Source: a virus
Lineage: Duplodnaviria; Caudoviricetes
Length of the DNA: 64,000 bases
Direction: 5' to 3' (one strand)
IMG/VR virus record: IMGVR_UViG_3300028591_000171
Span: 1 to 64,000 of that record
A model generated the notes under the pieces. It made no database searches. It saw only the letters and a list, made by a program, of their open reading frames with translations, and had not been told where the DNA came from. Of this stretch, positions 8,733-20,143 are shown in pieces. Made by a program: the position numbers and the translations under genes. Positions within the stretch are counted from its first letter, which is position 1, and every line of letters begins with the position of its first letter.

Positions 8733-10790
8733 ATGCCAACAAATCTACCATATAGCGGTAACGCGTCAGGGAGCGGGCAACAGAGTTTGACCGTAAATTG
8801 GGGCGCCAATCCGAGCAGAAGCTCATCAAGGAGCAGGACATACTCGGTCAACGGGGGACTCAACACGCTGACTGTGACACAGGTGAAATCGGACGCTCTC
8901 GCGGTCACGAGCTCCCAGGCATCAAAGAATACCACGAGCGGCTCGTCGTCGAAGACGGTGACGTTTGAGGGGTATGCGAACGGGAAGTATATAAGCTACT
9001 CGACATCTCTTTCTGGAGGTGTCACGGTATCGTCGGCGAAAGAGTATTCCGGAGGCACAACCGGGTCGGGCTTCTCGACAAACTGGAAGCAGGTCGACAG
9101 CTTCCTCGGCGGCACGAGCAAATACAAGTTTAACGTTACACTTAATATACCGGCGAACGCGCCTGTTAGCACAAGCCAGTTCACGGTATATACAAACGAT
9201 GTCACCACAAGCGCAGGGAAATCGAAGGCTTTCACCTTGAGGATAACAGAGTCAACCGTCGCGGTTGAGGATGTGACAGTGACTCCATCATCCGTCGCTA
9301 TTAACGTGGGTTCCAATTACAATGACTATGGCCTTGAGGCGGATGTATCTCCTAGCACGGCCACAAACAAGGACATCACATGGTCATCTGACAACACCGG
9401 CAAGGTCCTGGTTAACAGCGACGGATGGTTGAGGGGAGTGTCCGCAACATCATCGCCAGTGTCCGTATGGGCGATATCAGACGATGACCCGAGCATAAAG
9501 GATGACTGCAAGGTGTCGGTGTATAATCCGGGCAGTATCAGTTTGACAGATAACACGAGTGTCGCCAGTAGCGCCACAAGCGCCAGCATGACAATAACAC
9601 TGTCAAATATTAAGACAAGCACTCTGTCTATAAGCACCGGAAGCGCCTCGTGGATAAGCTCCGCGACGTATAACTCGTCTACCGGCAAGATAGATTTCGT
9701 TATCAGCGCCAACTCAGGGACACAGACAAGAGACACAACTGTAACAGTGACCGGAAGGGATATGGCGAACTCCATCAGGACCGATACGGCTACTTTGGCT
9801 CAATACGGCTCAGGGAGTCATGTTATTCCTCTTACGGCGCTGTCTGTAAATGGAGTCTCATCTATTGGTGACGACGGCACGATAGACCACAGGTATGACT
9901 TGACTTACACACCGTCCAACACTACGGAGACAGGAGTCACATGGGATGTTGTCGACGCCATATCAGGTAATAGCGTCGTAGGTTCTCTTGTCACGCTGTC
10001 ATCGCACTCGACTTATTGTATTGTCAGGGTAAGACCTGAGGGTCAGGCGAGCGGCGCCAATGTCAGGGTGCTGGCGATAAGTAATCCGCGACCTCTAATC
10101 TCAGGATACAAGGCTGTCACGGTTACTTACAACAGGCCTCTCGGAAATTTGACATCCGAGCCTCAGTCTGTGAATCTGAGATACAACGCCACCAATGACA
10201 GCACACCTGTCATCTCATGGGCTTACGAGACGCCAACTGTTTTAAGTTATGATGGTATCATCACAAGCGCGTCGTTGAATTCCCAGACCAATGTGCTGTC
10301 GATAACATGTACGCAGAACACAGACCCGTTCAATTACGCCTATGGTTCTGTCACGTTGGGAGGTTCGAGTTACACCTCGCTCACGATACCATATACTCAG
10401 GCGAAGGCTGATAACCCGTATGTCCACACTAGCGTGAATATCAGTAACATGTCTGTGTCAGGCAACGCTTATCCAATGTTGTCAGCCAATATAAATCTTG
10501 TCAACGGGAACGGCAACTACTATGAGTTCCCTCCCTCGTTCAGCTGGACATTGTACGGATATGAGTCATCAAGCTCATCCAATGGAACACAGATAGCGTC
10601 TGGGACAAAGACAAGCTACTCCAATTATGTCAATCCCAATTCCACTTATGCGGTGGTGCTGAACGTCACATCATCTGTGCCTACTGGGAACATGACGTAT
10701 TTCAAGCTTGAGGTTGAGATGGATAGGTACACGATATCTCCGGCTTACGCCGAGTTGGGAGATCCCGGTTCTTCCGAGATAACAGGTTAG
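8733..10790 (+). CDS. Ser/Thr-rich multi Ig-like (Big_2/BACON) protein
   Basis: Big_2 motif VTVTPSSVAINVG...ATNKDITWSSDN...VNSDG; BACON motif SWISSA...ISANSGTQTRDTTVTV. Confidence 0.75.
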   Translation: MPTNLPYSGNASGSGQQSLTVNWGANPSRSSSRSRTYSVNGGLNTLTVTQVKSDALAVTSSQASKNTTSGSSSKTVTFEGYANGKYISYSTSLSGGVTVSSAKEYSGGTTGSGFSTNWKQVDSFLGGTSKYKFNVTLNIPANAPVSTSQFTVYTNDVTTSAGKSKAFTLRITESTVAVEDVTVTPSSVAINVGSNYNDYGLEADVSPSTATNKDITWSSDNTGKVLVNSDGWLRGVSATSSPVSVWAISDDDPSIKDDCKVSVYNPGSISLTDNTSVASSATSASMTITLSNIKTSTLSISTGSASWISSATYNSSTGKIDFVISANSGTQTRDTTVTVTGRDMANSIRTDTATLAQYGSGSHVIPLTALSVNGVSSIGDDGTIDHRYDLTYTPSNTTETGVTWDVVDAISGNSVVGSLVTLSSHSTYCIVRVRPEGQASGANVRVLAISNPRPLISGYKAVTVTYNRPLGNLTSEPQSVNLRYNATNDSTPVISWAYETPTVLSYDGIITSASLNSQTNVLSITCTQNTDPFNYAYGSVTLGGSSYTSLTIPYTQAKADNPYVHTSVNISNMSVSGNAYPMLSANINLVNGNGNYYEFPPSFSWTLYGYESSSSSNGTQIASGTKTSYSNYVNPNSTYAVVLNVTSSVPTGNMTYFKLEVEMDRYTISPAYAELGDPGSSEITG

Positions 10791-10815
10791 ACAACTGAAA
10801 CATAATCTTTATGTC

Positions 10816-12753
<1,938 letters not shown>

Positions 12754-12756
12754 CTT

Positions 12757-13320
12757 ATGGACAGTCTCTTGTTGAGAAGGCGTTGTATTATAGGCGCGTT
12801 GGATAACGCCGGTCCACACGTTCCGACTGAGCGTACCGTGACTTTCCATCCGACGAGTGATGTGGTGAGCTGGGGTACTCGCGAGAAGGTCGATTACGTG
12901 TCATACGGTTATTCCGGCACGTCATCAACCACATACGCGAAGTTCAATCTTGCGGAGGTAGAGTCTGACGGTGCGCAGGTTGTGTATATATTCCAGAATC
13001 TCAACATACCGTCTGGCGCGGTTATAAAGAGCGTCACGTGCGATGTCAAGGCTGGCCTCAACTCTGACAAGCTGAAGATGTATTTTGAGTTGTGGAAATA
13101 TCCGCCATCAACCTCAAGCTCAGCCGTGGGCACATCCAAGACCGTGAAAAGAGCCGAAGTCGACATATACACTCTCGGAAACAGGGGAAGGTGGTCAGTG
13201 GAGGAGCTGAATCAGGATGTCTATATGTGGGTAGCCGCAACGAGGATTGAGGGTGAGTCAACTGGTGAGGCATACGGCATGTTTTACGGCGCGAATCTTA
13301 ATATAACATACGAGTATTAA
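12757..13320 (+). CDS. Hypothetical beta-rich protein, likely fibre-associated
   Basis: 187 aa ORF with MDSLLLRRR start, in operon between two fibre genes. Confidence 0.6.
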   Translation: MDSLLLRRRCIIGALDNAGPHVPTERTVTFHPTSDVVSWGTREKVDYVSYGYSGTSSTTYAKFNLAEVESDGAQVVYIFQNLNIPSGAVIKSVTCDVKAGLNSDKLKMYFELWKYPPSTSSSAVGTSKTVKRAEVDIYTLGNRGRWSVEELNQDVYMWVAATRIEGESTGEAYGMFYGANLNITYEY

Positions 13321-13334
13321 AATAACAGTTAATT

Positions 13335-15806
13335 ATGAAGATAATAGAGAGGATAGTTGAGTCTGATGGCTCTCCGAATCAGACCAATGACTTGTGGTTG
13401 AAAGCCAGCGGCGATAATGTCGCGCTTAAATACTTCTTTAACGGTGAGTGGAGATCTATCACCGACGGAAGCTCAGTCAGCAGCGATGATGTCGATAGGA
13501 TAATCTCGTTGACACAATCGGAGTATGACGGTTTGCCTGAGAAAGATTCTAAGTCATTGTATATCATGGCTGACACAGGTAAGATAGCTCTTGGCTCGTC
13601 AATGATATCAGGCGCCGATGGTGTCGGTGTGCAGTCTGTCGTGCAGACAACAGTGTCTCAGGAGGATGGCGGGACCAATGTCTGGACTATCACTCTCACT
13701 AACGGGCAGACGTCAACGCTTCGGGTTAAGAACGGTAATCAGGGGAACTCTGGTTACTCTGGAGCCGCAGGCGAGCTGGAGGTCGTTAACAACCTTACCG
13801 ATGGTGGTGCGACAGCCGCCTTGTCAGCCGAGATGGGAGCAGTGCTGGAAGGGGAAGTCAGTCAGTTACGCTCCGAAGTAAACACATTAGGAGACAGTAT
13901 AGGAACTGGGGCCACAAGAATAATAACATCCTCGTCTTTTCCCAACCCAGGCCGTTATCTTGCCAACGGCACATTGTCGCAGACTGGCTGGCATCATACT
14001 GACCAGATTCCGATAGGGCCTGGTGAGGTTGTCAAGACAAAACTCTATCAAGGTACAACCCCGTCAACTACCACACCCGCAATTATTTTTTATGATAGCA
14101 ACGGTGGCGTTGTCAGTTATGTACTCGCCGATGGCGGTGGTATCCATACTCAGGATTACACGACGCCAGCAAACACGGCATCCTTCCGTGTCCAGACTCT
14201 CGGAACCGCAGAGGAGATGGCACAATGCTATTATTCGCTTGATAGGTCATTTGTTGGAACGAATGTGCTGGATAAAAGACTTGAGATAGTTGAGCAAAAT
14301 CTCAATAGTGTGGCATCTTTGTTCGACTCAAAACTTTTTACAATTACAGGCTTTATTGGTGGAACTGGTTCGGTAAAAACAAATAATGGGTACAAACGCA
14401 CAGATTATCTTGATGCGTCAAATATCATTTCGGTCTCCATTTATATGGCAATCTCGGCATATCAATCGCTTGCCGCTGTCGCTTGGTTTGACGCAAATAA
14501 GGCATTCATATCATGCGAAAAAATGAGTGATGCCAACCCTGCGATTGTTACGTCGAAAAGACCAGACAATGCTCGATATGTTGTTCTATCCACCAATGAC
14601 GCAAATGTGTCATTGGTAAATGGAGAGGCGATTGTCACTTCGATCAATACCACGGTGTTTTTATCCCCGATTGGCAATGATAGCGCAAAAGGCGAGGAGA
14701 CGTCAGCATTGAAAACTTCGTTCGCCGCTAAATCCCATGCCGCGAAAGAGATCATTTTTCTGCCAGGCGATTATGATAACTTTGTCCTTGATTTCTCCGA
14801 CTTTGAGAGATATGTTTTCAGAAACGGAGCAAGGCTTATTTGCGGGATAAAGTTCGCAGAAGCCGAACTTGCGTCCGGGTATAGCCGAGTGTATCAGGTG
14901 ACTTGTGATTCAGAGCCTACGGCAAAATTCTTATGGCAGCATGATGTAGCGGATGCCGACACCTTGATACCATCCTCCGAGTACCTCCCAATGTATCATT
15001 CTGGCAGAACCCACAGACTTTCGTCAACAAGACTATATAAGGCATCAAGTGTCGCGGATATTGAGTCGGAAACATCAAAATATACTTGGTTCTGGGATAA
15101 TGGAGTCCTTTACTTTTCATGCCCGTCCACAAACTTTGCAACAAATCCCATTGTTATTCCAGATGTTTTAGGCAACCAATATGTTGCGACAAAGAAGAAA
15201 AACATTTCGGTAACAGGGATGCGATTGTACTATCGCAGGTTTAATAGCCGTCGGATCTCTGGCCACTTTGATGGCGGTTTTGTGGGGTTTGTTGATGGGA
15301 CTTGCTTTGGCTTCGACTCAAACGAGTACCTTGAGATTAACAATTTCGAGGCCGCAGGAGGTTCTACTGATGGATTCGGCGGCGGCTTTGATGAAAACGT
15401 AAGTTATCAGATTATTATGAAGAATTGCTATGGCCATGATAATGCTGACGACGGAGAATCCGGGCATGTGAAAACAAACATGACACAGTACGGCGGCCTA
15501 TATGAGTATAACGGAAGTGGTGTCACTCCGGCTGTCGGAGCTAATGGTTCATATTATAACACGATTTGTCGAAACAATGGAGTGTATGACTGGACGGTTG
15601 GATATCAAGATGGGAAGGGATTTTCCGCCGCTGCCGGGTCAGATCCAAACACCAACCTCCTTTGTGTGGGTTGTCTCTCGATAGGAAATAAGATAGGCTA
15701 TGAGGCGAGCGCTGGATCAATTTTCTTGAACTGTGTGTCAAAGGATGACGATGTGGATTTTCGTGGCACGGCTCAACAACTTAACTGTGTCACATTATCA
15801 ACATAA
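13335..15806 (+). CDS. Fibre/spike protein with C-terminal right-handed beta-helix (pectin-lyase-like) module
   Basis: Fibre-type N-terminus, two repeated beta domains, and parallel beta-helix signatures (NCYGHDNADDGES.H, GGLYEYNG, NTICRNN). A depolymerase role is inferred. Confidence 0.7.
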   Translation: MKIIERIVESDGSPNQTNDLWLKASGDNVALKYFFNGEWRSITDGSSVSSDDVDRIISLTQSEYDGLPEKDSKSLYIMADTGKIALGSSMISGADGVGVQSVVQTTVSQEDGGTNVWTITLTNGQTSTLRVKNGNQGNSGYSGAAGELEVVNNLTDGGATAALSAEMGAVLEGEVSQLRSEVNTLGDSIGTGATRIITSSSFPNPGRYLANGTLSQTGWHHTDQIPIGPGEVVKTKLYQGTTPSTTTPAIIFYDSNGGVVSYVLADGGGIHTQDYTTPANTASFRVQTLGTAEEMAQCYYSLDRSFVGTNVLDKRLEIVEQNLNSVASLFDSKLFTITGFIGGTGSVKTNNGYKRTDYLDASNIISVSIYMAISAYQSLAAVAWFDANKAFISCEKMSDANPAIVTSKRPDNARYVVLSTNDANVSLVNGEAIVTSINTTVFLSPIGNDSAKGEETSALKTSFAAKSHAAKEIIFLPGDYDNFVLDFSDFERYVFRNGARLICGIKFAEAELASGYSRVYQVTCDSEPTAKFLWQHDVADADTLIPSSEYLPMYHSGRTHRLSSTRLYKASSVADIESETSKYTWFWDNGVLYFSCPSTNFATNPIVIPDVLGNQYVATKKKNISVTGMRLYYRRFNSRRISGHFDGGFVGFVDGTCFGFDSNEYLEINNFEAAGGSTDGFGGGFDENVSYQIIMKNCYGHDNADDGESGHVKTNMTQYGGLYEYNGSGVTPAVGANGSYYNTICRNNGVYDWTVGYQDGKGFSAAAGSDPNTNLLCVGCLSIGNKIGYEASAGSIFLNCVSKDDDVDFRGTAQQLNCVTLST
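13854..13876 (+). repeat. Left cassette-boundary site, copy 1 (GAAGTCAGTCAGTTACGCTCCGA)
   Basis: Identical 23-mer at 60895-60917; 48/56 identity over 13821-13876 vs 60862-60917. Encodes EVSQLRS. Confidence 0.9.
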
Positions 15807-15811
15807 TCACA

Positions 15812-15834
15812 TAGCCCCCTAATCGACTGAGTTA
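15812..15834 (+). repeat. Right cassette-boundary site, copy 1 (TAGCCCCCTAATCGACTGAGTTA)
   Basis: 21/23 identical to 62560-62582. Confidence 0.85.
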
Positions 15835-15854
15835 ATTTAAATACGTTACTAATA

Positions 15855-15889
15855 AAAACCCCTGTCAGATAAGTTCTGGCGGGGGTTTT
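15855..15889 (+). terminator. Intrinsic terminator
   Basis: AAAACCCC-TGTCAGA / TCTGGCG-GGGGTTTT hairpin after the fibre operon. Confidence 0.75.
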
Positions 15890-15974
15890 AGCATTGTTGT
15901 CTTTCATCAGTCTGCCATGATAATTTCGTGTCAGAGTCGCGCGGCTCATGATGTGAAATTTAAAACTAAAAATT

Positions 15975-16883
15975 ATGGCAGATGTAACTTACATTCCTGA
16001 TCAGAATCAGGCAAACAACATCCTACCTTGGATGCTCGCCGGCAACAACGGGTTCGGCGGAATTGGAGGTAACGGTCTCGGCGGCGGAATCCTCGGATTC
16101 CTTCTCGGTCTTTTCTTCGGGAACGGTTGGGGAGGATTTGGTGGATTCGGCGGTTTCGGCGGAGGTAACGGAGCCGGGTTTATCTCTAACCAGATAGACA
16201 ACAACGCCGGAAGAGAGCTTCTTATGAACGCCATCAACTCCAACGGTGAGGCTTCCAGAGCCGCTATCCAGAATCTCGCGACAATGCTCGGGCAGGATTA
16301 CAGCCAGGTCAGCTCGGCTGTCTCCGCTATCCAGAGCGGGTTGTCGTCGCTCGCTCTCCAGCAGGCGGTGTCTGTTCCCCAGCTGATCAACTCTATCCAG
16401 TCCGGTAACTCGACTCTCATGTCCAAGCTTTGTGACTGCTGCTGCGAGAACAGGCTTCTCACCACGCAGCAGGGTTACGAGTCACGGATAGCGACCATCG
16501 AGCAGACCAACCAGCTCGGATCCCAAGCTGACCGCAACACACGCTCAATCACTGACGCGATCAACGCCCAGACAGTCGCGATGAACGACCAGTTCTGCGC
16601 CGCGAAGGAGCGTGACCTCCAGCTGAAGATTGACACGCAGTCTGACATCATCACCCAACTTCGTAACCAGATAAGCAACGATAAGCAGACTGAGGCTTTC
16701 ACAGCCGCTTTTAACACCCTCAACCAGAAGATAACCGAGTTGTCTGCGCGCCAGCCCAACACTGTCCCAGTCGTGTGGCCCAATCTCGCGGCTGTTAACA
16801 CCACTCCTTATGTGAGCGGCGGTTATTACCAGGGTGGATTCAACGGCTACTATGGTGGCGGTGTTCCCGGTTTCTCATTCTAA
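15975..16883 (+). CDS. Gly-rich/hydrophobic N-terminus, CDCCCEN motif, coiled-coil protein of unknown function
   Basis: 302 aa with strong codon bias; first gene of a six-gene module. Confidence 0.75.
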   Translation: MADVTYIPDQNQANNILPWMLAGNNGFGGIGGNGLGGGILGFLLGLFFGNGWGGFGGFGGFGGGNGAGFISNQIDNNAGRELLMNAINSNGEASRAAIQNLATMLGQDYSQVSSAVSAIQSGLSSLALQQAVSVPQLINSIQSGNSTLMSKLCDCCCENRLLTTQQGYESRIATIEQTNQLGSQADRNTRSITDAINAQTVAMNDQFCAAKERDLQLKIDTQSDIITQLRNQISNDKQTEAFTAAFNTLNQKITELSARQPNTVPVVWPNLAAVNTTPYVSGGYYQGGFNGYYGGGVPGFSF

Positions 16884-16894
16884 TACTCTGAGCC

Positions 16895-17239
16895 ATGTTC
16901 GGATTCAATGTAAATGTTACGACGAATGTCAACGGCATACCGTTCATCACCACTAACGGTGTCACCGTGACGGCTGATTCCGTTGACTTCGCCTTGGGCT
17001 TCAGGAGGATTCCGAAGATCGGGAAGATAATCCTTAACGTCAATGACGCCATCCCTGACGGGACTACCGGCACTCTGCCTGTGAGGTTCACGCTAAATGG
17101 AAACACAAGGAACCTGACGTACTTCGGCGGGACGAATGTGACCGCTGCTGACATAACCGGCACCGGCGTCATCGAGGCTTTGTTCAATTGGTTTGACGGG
17201 ACGTTCCAGATCACGTCTGTTCTCGCTCCCGCGGCCTGA
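16895..17239 (+). CDS. Small beta-rich hypothetical protein
   Basis: 114 aa ORF in operon. Confidence 0.7.
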   Translation: MFGFNVNVTTNVNGIPFITTNGVTVTADSVDFALGFRRIPKIGKIILNVNDAIPDGTTGTLPVRFTLNGNTRNLTYFGGTNVTAADITGTGVIEALFNWFDGTFQITSVLAPAA

Positions 17240-17267
17240 TATGTTTGATTTAAAATAATTACAAGCG

Positions 17268-17786
17268 ATGTTTCAGGGATATAACCAGAGCCTGACACCT
17301 ATAACACAAGGCTCAACCATGTACATATATGACAGGAAGGCTTTCGGAGTCAAGACAGCCATGGTAAACTCCGTGTCACAACCCCACATCTCAAAGGCGG
17401 CGCAGGGCAATCCGGCGCTGGCGTTCCAGGGATTCGTAGTTGACGTGTCACTCTCGGTTGACGGTGACACGAAGACTGTGGAGTTCCCGGTGAACAGCGT
17501 GTCCGCATCTTACGCCGAGCAGGGTTGGTTCATGAGCTACGACAGCTCCGTGGTGACGCGCGAGATAGAATCGTCGATATCGGCGGCTAAACAGTTTCTC
17601 TCACAGGTTCCGCTCAACGAGCGTATCGTCAAGGATGGACCTGAGCTGATATCGCAGCTTAACCCGTCCAAAAGGATTGAGGAACAGAGCATGAGGGAAA
17701 TAGCCGGTATACGTGAGGAGCTCGCCGAGTTCAAGAGGCTGCTCATGGGAATGTCGTCTGGCATCGCCAAAAAAGAGGAACAATAA
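17268..17786 (+). CDS. Hypothetical protein with C-terminal coiled coil
   Basis: 172 aa ORF in operon. Confidence 0.7.
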   Translation: MFQGYNQSLTPITQGSTMYIYDRKAFGVKTAMVNSVSQPHISKAAQGNPALAFQGFVVDVSLSVDGDTKTVEFPVNSVSASYAEQGWFMSYDSSVVTREIESSISAAKQFLSQVPLNERIVKDGPELISQLNPSKRIEEQSMREIAGIREELAEFKRLLMGMSSGIAKKEEQ

Positions 17787-17787
17787 T

Positions 17788-18009
17788 ATGGCAGGATTAA
17801 TCAGGATAATGGAGCGCGGTGGCGATGACTACCGCGATTACAAGTGGCACCTCAAGAACGCCAAGAAATCCATCGATGCTCTGTGCGAGCTCACAAAGGA
17901 GATGGAGGACGAGTACGGATACGGTGAGCGCGGCTATTCCGAGAGGGATTATGACCGTGACGAGATGTACGAGAGAGGCGGAAGACCCATGAGGAGACGC
18001 TCTATGTGA
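17788..18009 (+). CDS. Small charged hypothetical protein (ERGY/ERD repeats)
   Basis: ATG at 17788 follows the previous stop (MAGLIRIMERGG...). Confidence 0.65.
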   Translation: MAGLIRIMERGGDDYRDYKWHLKNAKKSIDALCELTKEMEDEYGYGERGYSERDYDRDEMYERGGRPMRRRSM

Positions 18010-18014
18010 TGACA

Positions 18015-18035
18015 GGGGAGGGGCTTTCCCTCCCC
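18015..18035. terminator. GC-rich hairpin, possible terminator/attenuator
   Basis: GGGGAGGG-gcttt-CCCTCCCC; no strong U-tract. Confidence 0.4.
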
Positions 18036-18051
18036 ATTATTCGTTTTTGTT

Positions 18052-18456
18052 ATGGAAAGGATGGATTACTATGATATTTTACCGGCTGGCATGGAGGCTT
18101 ATCTCGCCAGTCACGGGAGACATTTCTCCAAGCCGATGCTCGAGTGGGCTGTGTCCATGATGCGTGACAGGAGGGGTAACAAGGGAGTGGCCCTTGATCG
18201 GAAAAAATTTGACGAGCTCATGAAGGCGTATAACATGACACTCGAGAGGAACGAGGGCTACTATGACGGACCTTATGTCTGGGCGATGGCCAAGAGTGAT
18301 TATCTCGGGACTTCGATTGTTGACGAACAGAGGCTAGCGATGTTCGTGAAAGATTACATCGACGATGTTGACGGCAATCCCACGAGGGCTTTTGACGAGT
18401 TCTACATCAACTGTGTGGCTAAAGGTATTGACATCCCCTGGCAGGATCTGATATGA
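18052..18456 (+). CDS. Conserved Bacteroidetes-phage hypothetical protein
   Basis: 134 aa; YLASHGRHFSKPMLEWAVSMM pattern recalled from gut phage proteins of unknown function. Confidence 0.7.
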   Translation: MERMDYYDILPAGMEAYLASHGRHFSKPMLEWAVSMMRDRRGNKGVALDRKKFDELMKAYNMTLERNEGYYDGPYVWAMAKSDYLGTSIVDEQRLAMFVKDYIDDVDGNPTRAFDEFYINCVAKGIDIPWQDLI

Positions 18457-18854
18457 TACACAAGAAACTGAAGGTTGGCCACTGGGAGGTTGACTTCCTT
18501 TTCGCCGGCGAGAGGTATGACACCGATGAGGGGTTGGATTACCTCTATTACGCTGATGCCCCTGATTACGTCCTGCGTAAAGCGTATCATGTTATGGAGG
18601 ATAACAAAACCGATACAGGGTTTGCCTACAGCAACCCTGATTCCCGTATGGCTGTTGTTGTCGTCGGTCCGACATCATCAGGCGGAGAGTTCGTCAACAC
18701 GCTTACACACGAGATCTATCATGTGGCTGTGGCCATAGCGGAAAGTATTGGTGTTGAGCTTGATAGCGAGACCCCGGCGTATATCAGCGGCGACACGTTG
18801 AAGTCTTTGTTCAGCGTCATCTGCGAGCTGGGTTGCCGCGAGTGTAATAAATAA
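18453..18854 (+). CDS. Putative zinc metallopeptidase (HExxH)
   Basis: THEIYH motif; ATGA overlap with previous gene. Confidence 0.55.
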   Translation: MIHKKLKVGHWEVDFLFAGERYDTDEGLDYLYYADAPDYVLRKAYHVMEDNKTDTGFAYSNPDSRMAVVVVGPTSSGGEFVNTLTHEIYHVAVAIAESIGVELDSETPAYISGDTLKSLFSVICELGCRECNK

Positions 18855-18964
18855 GCGAACGGGTTACGATAACTAACTTTCTTAATTACCACCAAGCGAA
18901 ACAGTTATGGTGGTAATTCGTCATGCCCTGACTTTTATTTTTGCCACGACAAAACAGGAGAAAA

Positions 18965-20089
18965 ATGGAAGATTTCACATTTGACATTAACAGCGGGTTA
19001 TTGTCACCTGAGGAGGCTGAGAAGCTCTTCAGCGAGGTCCCCGAGGAGGAGGCTGACGGACAGCCCGAGGAAAAGATTACTGATAACCAAGCCGAGGAGC
19101 CTGAGGTTCCGGAGGAAGTAGGCGATGGGAATAATGACGAGATTGAGGATGATGCCGCCAAGCCTGCGGGCGACGGTGCTTCTCCAGCCAGTTTTTATTC
19201 TTCCATAGCCGAAGCTTTGAAGGATGACGGCATCTTCCCTGATTTCAACGATGACGAGATCAAGGCGGTGAAGACCCCCGAGGACTTCGCCGAGCTCTTT
19301 GAGAAGGCTGTGTCGGCAAGGTTTGACGAGAGGCAGAAACGGATTGACTCCGCGCTCGGAAACGGCGCTGATCCCGACAAGGTCAAGATGTTTGAGCAGA
19401 CTATCGAGTACCTGTCATCCATCACTGACGAGGCTTTGAAAGCCGAGACTGACGAGGGAGAGGCGCTCAGGAAGCAGCTCATCTTCAACGACCTCCTCAA
19501 CAAGGGTTACTCCGAGGAGAGGATAAAGAGGGAGATGGAGAAATCTTTCAAGTCAGGAAGTGATATTGATGACGCCAAGGACGCGCTGGCTGAGCTGAAC
19601 AAGTTCTACAAGGGAGGATATGACAACCTTGTGAACGAGTCCAAGTCGAAGGCTGAGAACGCCAGGAAAGCGCGTGAGAGGGATGCCGCCGAGTTCAAGA
19701 AGATGATTCTTGACAACGATATCCAGCTCGGCGAGACGAAGCTTGACAAGCGCACGAGGCAGAGGATATTCGACGCCGTCTCCAAGCCTGTCTACAAGGA
19801 CCCTGACACCGGTCAGCTTCTGACGCAGGTCCAGAAGTACCAGAAGGAGAACCCTCTCGAGTTCCTTAAGCAGCTTGGCATGTGGTACGTGCTGACTGAC
19901 GGCGGAAAGAGTGTTGACGGGCTTGTGAAGAGCCAGGTCAGGACCGAGAGGAACAAGGGCATAAGGGAGCTTGAGAGGAAGATCAACTCCTCCGCCCTCG
20001 GCTCAGACGGCTCTCTCAGGTACATGTCGGGAACCAATGTCGACAACGACTCGCTTCTCTCAGATGGCTGGCAGGTTGATCTCGGTTGA
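18965..20089 (+). CDS. Acidic helical protein, putative capsid scaffold
   Basis: Very acidic N-terminus, directly upstream of the MCP gene. ORF opens at 18941; ATG at 18965 preferred. Confidence 0.65.
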   Translation: MEDFTFDINSGLLSPEEAEKLFSEVPEEEADGQPEEKITDNQAEEPEVPEEVGDGNNDEIEDDAAKPAGDGASPASFYSSIAEALKDDGIFPDFNDDEIKAVKTPEDFAELFEKAVSARFDERQKRIDSALGNGADPDKVKMFEQTIEYLSSITDEALKAETDEGEALRKQLIFNDLLNKGYSEERIKREMEKSFKSGSDIDDAKDALAELNKFYKGGYDNLVNESKSKAENARKARERDAAEFKKMILDNDIQLGETKLDKRTRQRIFDAVSKPVYKDPDTGQLLTQVQKYQKENPLEFLKQLGMWYVLTDGGKSVDGLVKSQVRTERNKGIRELERKINSSALGSDGSLRYMSGTNVDNDSLLSDGWQVDLG

Positions 20090-20143
20090 CATACATGAAT
20101 TTTGTTCCAACAAAACACTTTGTTTAACTAAAAAATTACAATT

